In this document: positions 38,421-52,621 of the stretch, one piece after another
Numbering within the stretch: the stretch's first letter is position 1
Layout of the letters: every line of letters starts with the position of its first letter
Source of the DNA: Macrostomum lignano
Taxonomy: Eukaryota
Assembly (NCBI GenBank): GCA_002269645.1
Contig: NIVC01000610.1
Location: forward strand, 1 to 64,000
Reading direction: 5' to 3'
DNA: 64,000 nucleotides
The notes under the pieces: generated by a model
What the model was told of the DNA's origin: nothing
Database searches by the model: none
The model's input: the letters and a program-made list of their open reading frames with translations, nothing else
Made by a program: the position numbers and the translations under genes

Positions 38421-38957
38421 GGGATTTAAGAAACAGCTGCTAACTAACTCAATTAGTTTCGGTATGAACCAATGATCAAAGTTGACACACTGCAGTGCAG
38501 CAATCAGTCTGGGGTGTACAATTAAATTTGGAAATGACGACAGGGCCAGTTTTTCTAAGGAACCAAATGTTTTCATGCCTAAAATGAAACTCCGCTGGAC
38601 GGTCAGTAAGGCCTAGTTGGTTGTAATTGAGTTTAGCAATTTTTGCGAGCTCTTATCTTATCGACTACCTCGTCTGTTGCGACAGAGAAATGTTTTAATA
38701 AGATTTAACAGTAAAGTTTCAAGATGCAGGTAACACCCAACCTCTCCCCTTTACCCTCTGGGCTGGTTATTGCGCCTGGGACTGCAGCACATTTACATGG
38801 CTGCGATAACAGCTGCTTGTATAGTTCAAATATTAGCTCAAAAACTAATTCTCAACGGATCAGATAGTGTATGTTTTGAGTTTTTTTTTCAAAAACAGTC
38901 CCGGAGCTTTTTATACGTAGTTAAAAATAGCTGGCTCTTGTTGACAGCTAGAGGCCA

Positions 38958-40190
38958 GATACACACATACAATATACACGCACATACACACGCATACAAT
39001 GTACACGCACATACACACATACAATATACACGCACATACACACATACAATATACACGCACATACACACATACAATGTACACGCACATACACACATACAAT
39101 ATACACGCACATACACACATACAATGTACACGCACATACACACATACAATATACACGCACATACACACATACAATATACACGCACATACACACATACAAT
39201 GTACACGCACATACACACATACAATATACACGCACATACACACATACAATATACACGCACATACACACATACAATGTACACGCACATACACACATACAAT
39301 ATACACGCACATACACACATACAATATACACGCACATACACACATACAATGTACACGCACATACACACATACAATATACACGCACATACACACATACAAT
39401 ATACACGCACATACACACATACAATGTACACGCACATACACACATACAATATACACGCACATACACACATACAATATACACGCACATACACACATACAAT
39501 ATACACGCACATACACACATACAATATACACGCACATACACACATACAATATACACGCACATACACACATACAATATACACGCACATACACACATACAAT
39601 ATACACGCACATACACACATACAATATACACGCACATACACACATACAATATACACGCACATACACACATACAATATACACGCACATACACACATACAAT
39701 GTACACGCACATACACACGCATGCAATGTACACGCACATACACACCACACATACAATTTACACACACACGCACATACAATGTACACACACACACGCACAT
39801 ACAATTTACACACACACGCACATACAATGTACACACACACACGCACATACAATTTACACACACATGCACATACAATTTACACACACATGCACATACAATT
39901 TACACACGCACGCACATACAATGTACACGCACATACAATGTACACACACATGCACATACAATGTACACACACATGCACATACAATGTACACACACATGCA
40001 CATACAATTTACACACACACGCACATACAATTTACACACACACGCACATACAATTTACACACACACGCACATACAATTTACACACACATGCACATACAAT
40101 TTACACACGCACGCACATACAATGTACACGCACATACAATGTACACACACACGCACATACAATGTACACACACACGCACATACACACACA
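38958..40190. repeat. 25-bp CA-rich minisatellite (ATACACACATACAATATACACGCAC)
   Basis: Direct reading; source of the HTYNIHA / CVYVRV ORFs. Confidence 0.97.
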
Positions 40191-41842
40191 TGGCGCTGCA
40201 ATGCAAGAATACACAATAGATTAACTTAACAAGGCAAAACTTAAAGGCGGAGGGCTCAATGCCAGGTGTGCAGGACTTGAGCACACGGCCATGCTTGCAT
40301 GAATAATAGAAGTGAAAAGTTGAAAAAACTGTCTCAACGCTATTGAAAAGGTGTAGGAAAGCCAGAAATTGTAAGCAAGCCGATGGCTGGTGTACATGCA
40401 TGTCAGCAAAGGGAGAAAAACTTGAATATTCACCTCTTGTGCCTCTGCCTCCTCTCTGTTGCGTCCGTCAGCCTGTCTGCCTATAGTAGAAGCACTTGGC
40501 TCCCCCTTTCCCCGACTAAGAAGACAAGAAAGCTTCAAAATTGCAAAAGCAGCAATATTGTTAAAAGAATTTTTTGTTCAAAAGTCAAACAAAAATTCAA
40601 CAGAGAGAGAGGGAGAGGGGGGAGGAGCCTTGGCAACTGAACTGTGGTGCCAGGCCGGGGTTTGGCGCCAATCAGCTCGCTCGCGCGCCAATGAAGCAGA
40701 GCCTTATTTAACAGTTACATACAGAGACCTTATTGCGCAAACAAAGCGGCAAACAATTTAATGAAAGTGTCAGTCAAAAATGCACTCAGACTGATAGGGG
40801 ATTCTCAAGTCTGTCTGTAGGATTTCTCAGCAATTCATAGGACCGCTGGCGGCCATGCAGTGCTATGCAAATACACTGACTGGTGCTGCATCTGGCATGG
40901 CATGGCTCGCCATTTCAATAAGTTAATGGGCCATATAAAATAAACATTAATGTGTTCTCAAAGCCTATTAAATGGTATTATGAGACAGGCAGGTCGTGCA
41001 GACATTTTCGCGTATAATAATTGAATATTTTTTTCAACACTAGAAATATTTCAGATAGTAAAATTGTGAAAGCCAATTTCTCTGTACTGTCACGCTTGAC
41101 TGACAGCAAGGGAGAAGGAAGAAGTGTTGAAAAAAATCTCAGAGGCTTTTATCAATTGTGCATTTTGGAGCTGTAGTGGATGACAGGCAAATATAGTTAA
41201 TTGAAGGCCTGATAACACCCCTAATTATGCTGCATTTCGCGTTAAGACATGCACTTCAGCACCAAAATGTCTGTCACACCCAAGCTTTCAAGTGTGTGTG
41301 TGTGTGTGCCACTGCCAAACAATTTTATGCTGAAGAGTATAACGGTGACATCTTTGGATTGTTGTTCAAGTTTAATTTATTAAATATGAATTACTTGGTT
41401 TTCTACGGCACATTGTACTGCAGTGTCAGCACTGAGTGCAGAGCCACCCGGTTGAAATTGAGGAGTTTATGAAGTAAAAATGAATATTCGGGCGCCAATT
41501 TGAATGTTTTGGCGCGAATTTGAGTGTTTTAGCGCCAATTTGAGTGTTTTGGTCGGAATCAACTTATTTATTGACTTAAAACGTGGTGAATTAATAAATG
41601 AGCGAAATTGACACTTATATATAAAATTGCTGATTCCAGCAAGAAATTTACACGTGATAAATGAGACACTATGAAGTGCAGTTCTGCATGACTAAACATT
41701 GCTTAACTCCTTCTCCCCCTCCCTCTCTGCAACTCTCCAAAGCCGTTGCTTGAGCTTGAGAACTTAGGAGCAAGATGAATTCAATAATATAGATTAAAAT
41801 TTGCTACTGCTGGCTCGTGCGGCACATTTATATTCTGGTACA

Positions 41843-42660
41843 CAAGCTTCACAATCCCCAAGCTTCACAATCCCAAGCTTCACAATCCCCGAGATTCACA
41901 ATCCCCAAGCTTCACAATCCCCAAGCTTCACAATCCCCAAGCTCACAATCCCTAAGCTCACAATCCCCAAGCTTCACAATCTCCAAGCTTCACAATCCTC
42001 AAGCTTCACAATCCCCAAGCTCACAATCCCCAAGCTTCACAATCCCCAAGCTTCACAATCCCCAAATCTTCACAACCCCAAGCTTCACAATCCCCAAGCT
42101 TCACAATCCCCAAATCTTCACAATCCCCAAGCTTCACAATCCCCAAGCTTCACAATCCCCAAATCTTCACAATCCCCAAGATTCACAATCCCCAAGCTTC
42201 ACAATCCCCAAATCTTCACAATCCCCAAGCTTCACAATCCCCAAGCTTCACAATCCCCAAATCTTCACAATCCCCAAGCTTCACAATCCCCAAGCTTCAC
42301 AATCCCCAAATCTTCACAATCCCCAAGCTTCACAATCACCAAGCTTCACAATCACCAAGCTTCACAATCCCCAAATCTTCACAATCCCCAAGCTTCACAA
42401 TCACCAAGCTTCACAATCCTCAAGCTTCACAATCCCCAAGCTTCTCAATCCCCAAGCTTCACAATCCCCAAATCTTCACAATCCCCAAGCTTCACAATCC
42501 CCAAATCTTCACAATCCCCAAGCTTCACAATCCCCAAGCTTCACAATCCCCAAATCTTCACAATCCCCAAGCTTCACAATCCCCAAATCTTCACAATCCC
42601 CAAGCTTCACAATCCCCAAGCTTCACAATCCACAATCAATGATTCACAATTGATTCACAA
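41843..42660 (+). repeat. 16-bp satellite (CCCCAAGCTTCACAAT), array 1
   Basis: Direct reading. Confidence 0.95.
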
Positions 42661-44399
42661 TCAATGCTCAAGACTCGTTTCCAATCTAGGTGTGTTTAGG
42701 AGTCCTTGGTTCAATATCGTCCGATATCAAAGTTAATTGTGATATCGAAATGCAGTTTTCGCCAAGTTTATAACTGTCAAGGTTATTATTATCTGCACAA
42801 TGCCTGGAATAAAGTTGGCTTATGTATCGATAAGAAATTGAATTTCAAGATTTAGATTTCCAAGTAAAAATTAAGCAAAACTATAAAGCTATAAAATGTT
42901 ATCTGTATGAGACAGTTACATATAGATAAGCCTTAATTAATATGCAAGGTTGGAATTACGAACTAGAAATGGTGAATCGCGTCATCCGTAACTTTTAATT
43001 GGCCTTACATGGATAATTTTTTTCTCTACGAGCGTACGAGCTATTATATGTATAATAATACACTGAAACGAGGAGATACTAAATTGTCGTTGACTACATA
43101 TGCGTCGCCCTCATATTTGTGTTATTTATTCATGAGTTTAGTGCCTTAAAAATTTGTTTTGTTGTCGAGAGTATATAAAAACTTAAAAATCTAACTCTGT
43201 GTTCTATGTCTTTGGTAGAAATACATCCTGGAAAATTTGAAAATCAAACTCTGTGTTTATGTCTGTGGTAGCGGAGATAAGCTACTGATAATTTCCGCAA
43301 GTTTTAACACTAGGGAATAGACAAGGCAAACAGGCAGAGTGTATTACATGGTATATGATATATTCACCCATCACAGTAAATCTTAATATACAATTCAGCT
43401 TTCGCACAGCCTCACCAATGGAAATCTGCAATGAAAATTCTGAACAATTTGGGCTCACAAGTGTCCAGAAGTTTCCTGTGTGGGGATCTGTGTGGGTTGG
43501 GGTAATTATCAGGGCAGGTCTCTGAACCCTCACAATTAAATAAGCTAGCAAATTGGCCTTATAAACTGAGCAATTTTTCTTCTTTCGCCGGGCGAAAACA
43601 TGGCAAGATGTTTTTTTGTGAATTTCCCTTTTTGATTCGGAACAATCACCATCATCATCACCATCTTTTCTATCGGCTGAAGTCCAATTAAAAGTGCCAA
43701 TCACTGCATCCGCGCGTCCTCGATTAAGACTCGGGTGTGGGGGGTGGTCTTCGATTATGCAATCATTTTGCGAATCGATGCACAAAAACAATTTTCAACC
43801 CTTAGTTCCGCCTTCTTTTTCTTGATGTTTTCAATGAGTAAAAAAGGGGAAACTTAGTTGCCAAGACATTTCGGCCAAAAAAGAGGGTATTGGGACGGTG
43901 AAATATTGCAGATTGGGGGGGGGGTGCAGCTGGTTTCCATCAAAATTTTTATGGACAGCAACAAATTGAAATCTTTCTTTCGCTTGTTGATCTCTCTCCT
44001 CTCCTCCTCCAATTTGAATCGCTGAACGCTTGCAGTCGAAGCTTAACTTAAGCAGCCAGTCGGTCATTATTCGGCCACTAGCAGATTCGTCCGGATTCGA
44101 AAATACACAAAGCCGATTTTCTTTTAGTCTCAGTGACACTGTAGTGTAATAATATATTTGTGGATATATTTGCATTTATGCTTGCTTTAGAGCTGCATTC
44201 TAAATTTATGCATAGATATATGCTTATTGTTTGTAAGCTTATGGATGCGCTGTTGTACAATAATGAAAAATATAAAAACAAGCTGAATAAAAAACGGAGG
44301 GTAATATTATTTAAAAAAACACTTCTTGTGCGTTAAAGCCTTCAGACTGACTCCGCTGCTTAGGGGCAAGCAAAATCAAGGCTCCTCTGGCCTCCGACT

Positions 44400-44401
44400 C
44401 C

Positions 44402-44463
<62 letters not shown>

Positions 44464-44895
44464 GCAGACAGGTGCTGACGGACAGACAGGCAGACAGGTG
44501 CTGACAGACAGACAGACAGACAGGTGCTGACGGACAGACAGGCAGACAGGTGCTGACGGACAGACAGGCAGACAGGTGCTGACAGACAGACAGGCAGACA
44601 GGTGCTGACGGACAGACAGGCAGACAGGTGCTGACGGACAGACAGGCAGACAGGTGCTGACGGACAGACAGGCAGACAGGTGCTGACGGACAGACAGGCA
44701 GACAGGTGCTGACGGACAGACAGGCAGACAGGTGCTGACGGACAGACAGGCAGACAGGTGCTGACGGACAGACAGGCAGACAGGTGCTGACGGACAGACA
44801 GGCAGACAGGTGCTGACGGACAGACAGGCAGACAGGTGCTGACGGACAGACAGGCAGACAGGTGCTGACGGACAGACAGGCAGACAGGTGCTGAC
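44400..44895. repeat. (CAGA)n grading into a 26-bp repeat (GACAGGTGCTGACGGACAGACAGGCA)
   Basis: Direct reading. Confidence 0.95.
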
Positions 44896-45215
44896 ATATT
44901 CATCTCATAGGTGTAGTAGCGCATTGCTAGCCTTGCAGATAAAAAAACATGACATAATCAGCTGCCAGCTCTGCTACTAAGAGAAATTGCTTGAACAACA
45001 AAATATTTGAGAAAAAACGGCACAATAATTTTACAAACAAACAGACAAACAAAGACAAGAATAGACGCTAGCTAGACTAAGGGCTTAAAAAAGATCCACA
45101 TTTTCTCTGGCTTGACACTCTGGCTGGTTCGGCTGGACAAAGACACGGACAAACAAATTGAAAACAAGCTGAGGCTGAAGGGCTGAATGAATTGGCTTCA
45201 TCTCTGCAGTCCAGC

Positions 45216-45889
45216 TCAGCACGATGCCTGAGAGCAGGAGAGTTGGCACTGTTGAGGCCGCTCCGCCTGCGGCTGGCAGTCAGCGCTCTCCGCTTCCTCA
45301 TCCTCAGCCTCTTCGTTGACGCTCAGCGGCCGCTCCTCGTTGCTGTCTCGATCCTCCATCGGCTGAGTTGGCGAGTTTTCCTCTGCCGTTGTCGACAAAT
45401 TCAACGGCGAGGCCACTTCGGCGGCGCGGCCGGCGTCTGCGGTGAATTCACAGCGGCGGGCCGACTTGCTCGCCGCTGCCGCTGTCGCCGCTTCGGCGTC
45501 ATCATAGTCTGCGGCGGCCTCCTCGGATGCGGCGCGGCGCTTCCGGCTTCCAGACTCCGTTGGATGCGACTGCAAAGATGAGTATGTATGCCGACGGATA
45601 TTACCAAGTGTACGACGTACATGTGTACATAGCGACTGTACATTGTGTAGATATCGGCTGTACATTGTTTACATAGCGGTTGTACATTTTGTACATAGCA
45701 GCTGTATATTTTGCACATAGCGGCTGTACATTTTGTACATAGCGGCTGTATATTTTGCACATAGCGGCTGTACATTTTGTACATAGCGGCTGTATATTTT
45801 GCACATAGTGGCTGTACATTGTTTACCGTACTTAGCGGCTGTACATTGTTCATATAGAGGTTGTACATTGTATGCATAGTGGCTGTACC

Positions 45890-45927
<38 letters not shown>

Positions 45928-47181
45928 AGCGACTGAACATAGTCTGTGTACATAACAAGTGTACATTGTGTGTCCATTTTCTGAGTACTTCGGGTGTGTC
46001 ATAAGTAATGTCACTGCAGGCCTCTGTCTAAAATATGTAGGCACATGGACTTGTGGGTAGTGTAGCTGCAAAGTATACTTAGTGAAGCAATAGCAGTGCA
46101 TTTGAGACGTGCATAGGTTGTTTATGGCCCAAGTTATCGCAAGAATACGCCAAGCAGATTTAGCAAGTGCAACGCGATGAAAAATCGTCTATGCAGCGAA
46201 CAAAAATCATCATGAATCTTGACAAGACGCCTGCACCAAGCAGATCCGCAAGGTGTTTAGCAGCCGGGGCTTGAATGACATCCTAAACTGCCTGGTTGCT
46301 GAGGATGAAAGCTGGCTCCACCTGGATGGCAAGGGCAGCAAGGCAGATAATCGCTGCTGGTTGGGAGCTGGGGACTTCAGGCCGATGGTGACTAGGAAGT
46401 CCATCTCGGACAAGAAGACCATGCTGCTGGTAGCCTTCACGCCAAACAAACGAGTCTCCATCTGCACAACTCCACCGAACACCAAGGTCGATGGCCAGTA
46501 CTTTATCGACTTTTTCCGGCACACTGGAGACCTCTGGTGCACTCTCCGGTCAAATCCATGTCACCTGGACAAGGTTCTGTGGCAGATGGACACCGCACGG
46601 CTGCACACCTGAAGGCTGTTTCGAATTTTCTGCCTGCATGGCGAGTGAATCTGCTCTGACAGTCCCTACAGCCCAGACTTCAACTTTTGCAAGAGATTCC
46701 TGTTCAAATGGCTGAAGGCTGACTTTTCCAAGAAGAGTTTCGCAAACCATGAAGAGGTAAAACAGGCTGCGTTGCACTGGTTATGGCAGTTGGAGGAAAA
46801 ACACCTGCAGGCTGAGGTGGACAAGCTGTATGAGCACTGCCAGAGGGTGATTAATATTGGGGGACTCTATGTTGTTGAGTGGTACAGTTTTGTTCATCTG
46901 CGATTGCAAGTTCGTCTGTTTTCACATCAGTGACATTACTTATGACACACCCGAAGTACATAAACAATGTACATAGGTCATGCATGAACTAATACAAAGC
47001 TCCCAGCTTCCAGATACACACAGCTTCCTTACCTGCTCCAGATGGCGATGCAGCTGCTCCTGACTGGGGCACAGCAAGCCGCAACTGGGGCAGGGGCACA
47101 TGTCCAGCGGCTGGAACTCGCCTCCGCTAAGGCTGTTTTCGGCAATCTCGTCATTTTCGGAGCCGAACTTTTGCTGCTGGA

Positions 47182-47213
<32 letters not shown>

Positions 47214-50200
47214 GACACGGGAGTCCCGATGCCGTGCTTGTTCAGTCGGTGAACCCGCAGGAAGTACTTGTTGCACACCTCCTTGCCACAGACGTCGCAA
47301 CGGATCCTCTGCTGCGCCGGCGACCCGCCGGCTGGTCGAGTCGCCAACGATGACGAAGGCGATGCAATGGCGACGCTGGCGCTGGTCGGCGACGAGGTCG
47401 GAGATGCTGGAGGAGGTTTTGAAGATGCCAATATGAGCTTATCTATTGATGCTCAGAGCACTGACTGCTCAGACTCACAGCTTATCTATTGATGCTCAGA
47501 GCACTGACTGCTCAGACTCACAGCTTATCTATTGATGCTCAGAGCACTGACTGCTCAGACTCACAGCTTATCTATTGATGCTCAGAGCACTGACTGCTCA
47601 GACTCACAGCTTATCTATTGATGCTCAGAGCACTGACTGCTCAGACTCACAGCTTATCTATTGATGCTCAGAGCACTGACTGCTCAGACTCACAGCTTAT
47701 CTATTGATGCTCAGAGCACTGACTGCTCAGACTCACAGCTTATCTATTGATGCTCAGAGCACTGACTGCTCAGACTCACAGCTTATCTATTGATGCTCAG
47801 AGCACTGACTGCTCAGACTCACAGCTTATCTATTGATGCTCAGAGCACTGACTGCTCAGACTCACAGCTTCTATTCATTAGTTCCCCGAGGCCCCAGCAA
47901 TCTACACGCGAAAATTTTCCCATTCGAAGGCCAGGTTTTGTCAAAAGGCAACTGAGTCTTTCGAGTCGACAAGCAGAGCTTGGCTGCAATTTCTGCAGCA
48001 ATTATATAATAACTTCAGTAGAAAGAGACAAAAACAGGCCTTAAATTGATACTCTTGTGCTCGATGCGGCTTCTGTTGTCTTTTCCTAACAAACTCCCTT
48101 CGGCGCTGGGGACGCAAAAGTTTTTTTGGAAATTCCATCTCATTGCCAAGAAGGAATTTCTTTTAATCTATGCTGCTTGGGAGTTCAATGCTTTGGAGAA
48201 TGAAAGAGAAAACTTTATTAGAAGATGAAAAACTCATGGCCCATCAATCCTCGGGTTTTTGCATCCTAAAACTCACCAAGCCTCTGTTCTTTGTTCGCCT
48301 CTTTGACTTCTCCTTCATTCCCTCCTTTTTTGACTGCAGGATCTTCTGCTTCAAGTGAAAGAAAGCGGACAGACAGGGGGTTGGGGGAGGAAGAACAGAA
48401 GCCAGGGGAGGTATTCCGAATTTCACTCAATAGCAACATCGCAACTTTCATTTCGTGTCCTCAAAGAAAAGAAGGCAGGGTCGGGTGAGAGAGCTGCCAG
48501 GCAAGCAGGGCCTCCTCGCCTTTCACCCCACCCCACCCCCATCATTCACGTTTGAAACCGGACAGGGAATAAAGCAAAGGGACAAACAAAAAAAGTAAAT
48601 TTTTTATGATTGAAATTCCCCGAGTCACGTCTGTCTCCGGCTAAGAACAAAAAATGATGAGGAAGGGAGGCAGCTGGGACCAGGGTTTTCAAGGCTGAAT
48701 GGACTCACGAAAAACTTTCAGTCGGAAGTCCGTCCGCCCCGCCTACCCGGGGGGGGGGTGAATTTGTCTAAAAACTGGCTTTGTCTTAAACTCTGCTATT
48801 ATCTACCAGACCTGGGAGACCCCGGAGTCCATGAGGGGCCCGAGACGCGTGCAGGTCTCTCAAAATTACAAGCGCACAACTGAATAAACAGATGCTCCTT
48901 GAATATTTATAAATCCCCCACCCCTAAATTATTGATTGATTCTCTCATCAGTCAAACCTGTTTCACCTCTCACACTTACCCCTTTCTCTTCTCACTCTCC
49001 CCTGCCTCTTCTCACTCTCACCCTGTCTCCTCTCACTCTCACCCTGTCTCCTCTCACTCTCATCCCTGCCTCTTCTCACTCTCACCCTGTCTCCTCTCAC
49101 TCTCACCCTGTCTCCTCTCACTCTCACCCTGTCCCCTCTCACTCTCATCCCTGTCTCCTCTCACTCTCACCCTGTCTCCTCTCACTCTCACCCTGTCTCC
49201 TCTCACTCTCACCCTGTCTCCTCTCACTCTCACCCTGTCCCCTCTCAATCTCATCCCTGTCCCCTCTCAATCTCATCCCTGTCTCCTCTCACTCTCACCC
49301 CTGCCTCCTCTCACTCTCACCCCTGCCTCTTCTCACTCTCCCCCCTGTCACCCCTCACTCTCCCCCTGCCTCTTTTCACTCTCACCTCTGTCACTTATCA
49401 CTCTCACCCCTGTCACCTATCACTCTCATCCCAGTCACCTATCATTCTCACCCCAGTCACCTATCACTCTCACCCTGTCTCCTCTCACACTCACCCCTGT
49501 CTCCTCTCACTCCCACCCCTCTTCACCCTCTCGCTTCTACATTCAATGTTTACCTCTGGCCGGCACTCATTCCCTCCTCGCGCGCTGTTTCAGAATTATA
49601 AACCGAGAGTTTTTCAAAAGTCAAAAAAACACAAAAGCCCTTTGGCTGACGATGTTGGCAAGCGCAGTCCTCTTTGTCCCCAGCCTCCCGTGCAGCTTTC
49701 GCTTGTCAGAAAGAAAGCGAAATTATAGCTTCTTTTATGAATGTTTTGCCTGGCGATGAGTAGCCTAAACTTTCTTGCTCTCAATTCAGTGTTTCTGCTC
49801 AGTTTTTGTCGTATTGAGTGAAGCCAGACAACTGACATGGTCAGTCAGCTATTGCCTGCCTGCCTGCCTGCCTGCCAAAACAGCCAGTTGCAGTTCAACA
49901 AAAAGAAACTCAGCACGAAATAGAAAAAAAACTGGATGCAATTTTTCTGGCTCAAAAACTGCAGCAGCACTGCGATTTGCTTCAGTTAGCCCAGACCGGG
50001 AGACAGTCGCTAAGTGGCGCGTGTTAATAGGAAATTCAAGATCCCAACCCTCCATCTTGCCCCCCCCCCTATTCCCAGTAGGCATAAACATGACAATTCT
50101 GCTAGATAAGTCTTGTGTAAGATGTTCATGCCTCACAGAAATTTGTTTCTGCTCAACTGCTTTTCAATATAATTGTCAATGGAGTCTGCCCCCCCCCTCC

Positions 50201-52578
50201 TAGAAGAAGAAGACTGCAGCGGAGAGAAACAGGTGCGAGAAAATTTTATCGCGATTAAAAATTGAGAGCGCAGCTGATGAAAATAACTTTTTTGTGCTCT
50301 GCCGACAACTCTTTCATCTCATTATGTCTTTTGAAGGCCTTCCCGGTGCCGCAGGCTTCCACATTTCAGCTTCGATATCCCTTGTTGCCACCCTCAGCTG
50401 TGCCGCTCTTTAACTTCCCCAACCATCTTGAGACTGAGATAAAAGCATTTCTACCCACCCCAAAAGGCAGAGAACAGGAGGTAGCTACTTCACAAACTAG
50501 ACACTTCAGAATTGGGGATTGTGAAGCTTGGGGATTGTGAAGCTTGGAGATTGTGAAGCTTGGGGATTGTGAAGCTTGGGGATTGTGAAGCTTGGGGATT
50601 TTGAAGCTTGGGGATTGTGAAGCTTGGGGATTGTGAAGCTTGGGGATTGTGAAGCTTGGGGATTGTGAAGCTTGGGGATTGTGAAGCTTGGGGATTGTGA
50701 AGCTTGGATATTGTGAAGCTTGGGGATTGTGAAGCTTGGGGATTGTGAAGCTTGGGGATTGTGAAGCTTTGGGATTGTGAAGCTTGGGGATTGTGAAGCT
50801 TGGGGATTGTGAAGCTTGGGGATTGTGAAGCTTGGGGATTGTGAAGCTTGGGGATTGTGAAGCTTGGGGATTGTGAAGCTTGGGGATTGTGAAGCTTGGG
50901 GATTGTGAAGCTTGGGGATTGTGAAGCTTGGGGATTGTGAAGCTTGGGGATTGTGAAGCTTGGGGATTGTGAAGCTTGGATATTGTGAAGCTTGGGGATT
51001 GTGAAGCTTGGGGATTGTGAAGCTTGGGGATTGTGAAGCTTTGGGATTGTGAAGCTTGGGGATTGTGAAGCTTGGGGATTGTGAAGCTTGGGGATTGTGA
51101 AGCTTGGGGATTGTGAAGCTTGGGGATTGTGAAGCTTGGGGATTGTGAAGCTTGGGGATTGTGAAGCTTGGGGATTGTGAAGCTTGGGGATTGAGAAGCT
51201 TGGGGATTGTGAAGCTTGGGGATTGTGAAGCTTGGGGATTGTGACGCTTGGGGATTGTGAAGCTTTGGGATTGTGAAGCTTGGGGATTGTGAAGCTTGGG
51301 GATTGTGAAGCTTGGGGATTGTGAAGCTTGGTGATTGTGCATTGGGGATAGCGAAACGTCCCCAAATTTTCGAAATGATTCGAGAAAGCCTCGTACAAAA
51401 TGACTTTCTCACCATCCGGCGTCTCAAAAGCGCCCCCGTGCTGACGGAAATTTGCCGAGTTGCCAGTTGCCATGGCAACGCGCTGCCCGTTAGAGTTACC
51501 GACTCCATGCGACGATTGAGCCTGCGGCTGTGGCGGCTGCACAGACTTGGGCACGCCGTGGACTTTCTCCTTGTGCGTCCGCAGGAAATACTTGTTGCAG
51601 ACCTCTTTGCGGCAGATGTCGCACACGACTCTGTCTGCCAGCTTGGCGGCCACCATCGAGGACTGGAATGCGTCGAGCTGGTGCTGGTGATGCGGCTGGT
51701 ACGCCGGCGGCTGCTGGTGCTCCATCGAATCCAAGCTGGCCGACGACTGCGGCTGAGGCGGCGGCAGCGGCAGCGGCAGCGAGGCCTGAGTTGGCGGGGG
51801 TGGCGGTGGCGGCGGTGGCGGCGGTGGCGGTGGTTGCTGTGCAGTGGCAGCGGCCAGCTGCGCATAGGGGCCCATCAGCGCCGGGCCCAGAGCCAGCGGA
51901 AACGATCCCAACAGAAAGGGATTTAATCCCATAGCGGCTAGCAGAGGATTGGACACTGCAGCTAGAGATGACAGGTCCTGATGGTGATGATGCTGCGGAG
52001 CCTGCTGATGCTGAATGTAGTGCTGCTGCTGCTGCTGATGCTGCTGCTGCCGCTTGTGCCTCTGCTGACTGGTCTCGCCGCCCCTGCCAGCAGAGCCTGC
52101 GGAGCCGGCAGGCCCAGTATGAATGCCATGCACGTCCGCTTTGTGCTTTCTCAGGTAGTACTTGTTGCAGAAGAGTTTCTCGCAGTGCTCGCAGTAGCTG
52201 TCCGGCCGGGTGCCGACGTCCTGCACGGCCTGAGAGTCGGTGGAGCGGTCGACAGGTTCGTTGACTCGGCTTGGCTTTGCCTGCTTCCTGCGAGCTGCTG
52301 CGGCGGCGGCGGCGGCGGCGGCTGCTGCAGCAGTGCTTTGAGTTGTTGGCATGGTGACCGGCAAGTCGACGCAATCGTCATCGGCGTCTCCGTTGTCACC
52401 GTAGTTGTTTGCGGATTCCGCAGAAGCGGCGGCGGCTGCGGCGGCGGCGGCGGCGGCGGCGGCGGCCGCCAGCTGCTTCCCAGTGGCGGCCTGCTGGCGG
52501 CCGGAGCCGAGGCCGAGGGGCAGCTGCGGCAGCTGGCCGCCATAGCTGGCCATGGCGCTGGCGGCTTTGAGATACCAG

Positions 52579-52621
<43 letters not shown>

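Noticed and set aside
40655-40700. Promoter-like cluster TTTGGCGCCAAT / GCGCGCCAAT (E2F- and CCAAT-like)
   Set aside because: Short motifs with no associated gene or exon found nearby
47438-47875. CRISPR-like regular repeats (also the 31-, 32- and 33-bp arrays)
   Set aside because: Units are head-to-tail with no unique spacers; eukaryotic context; no cas genes
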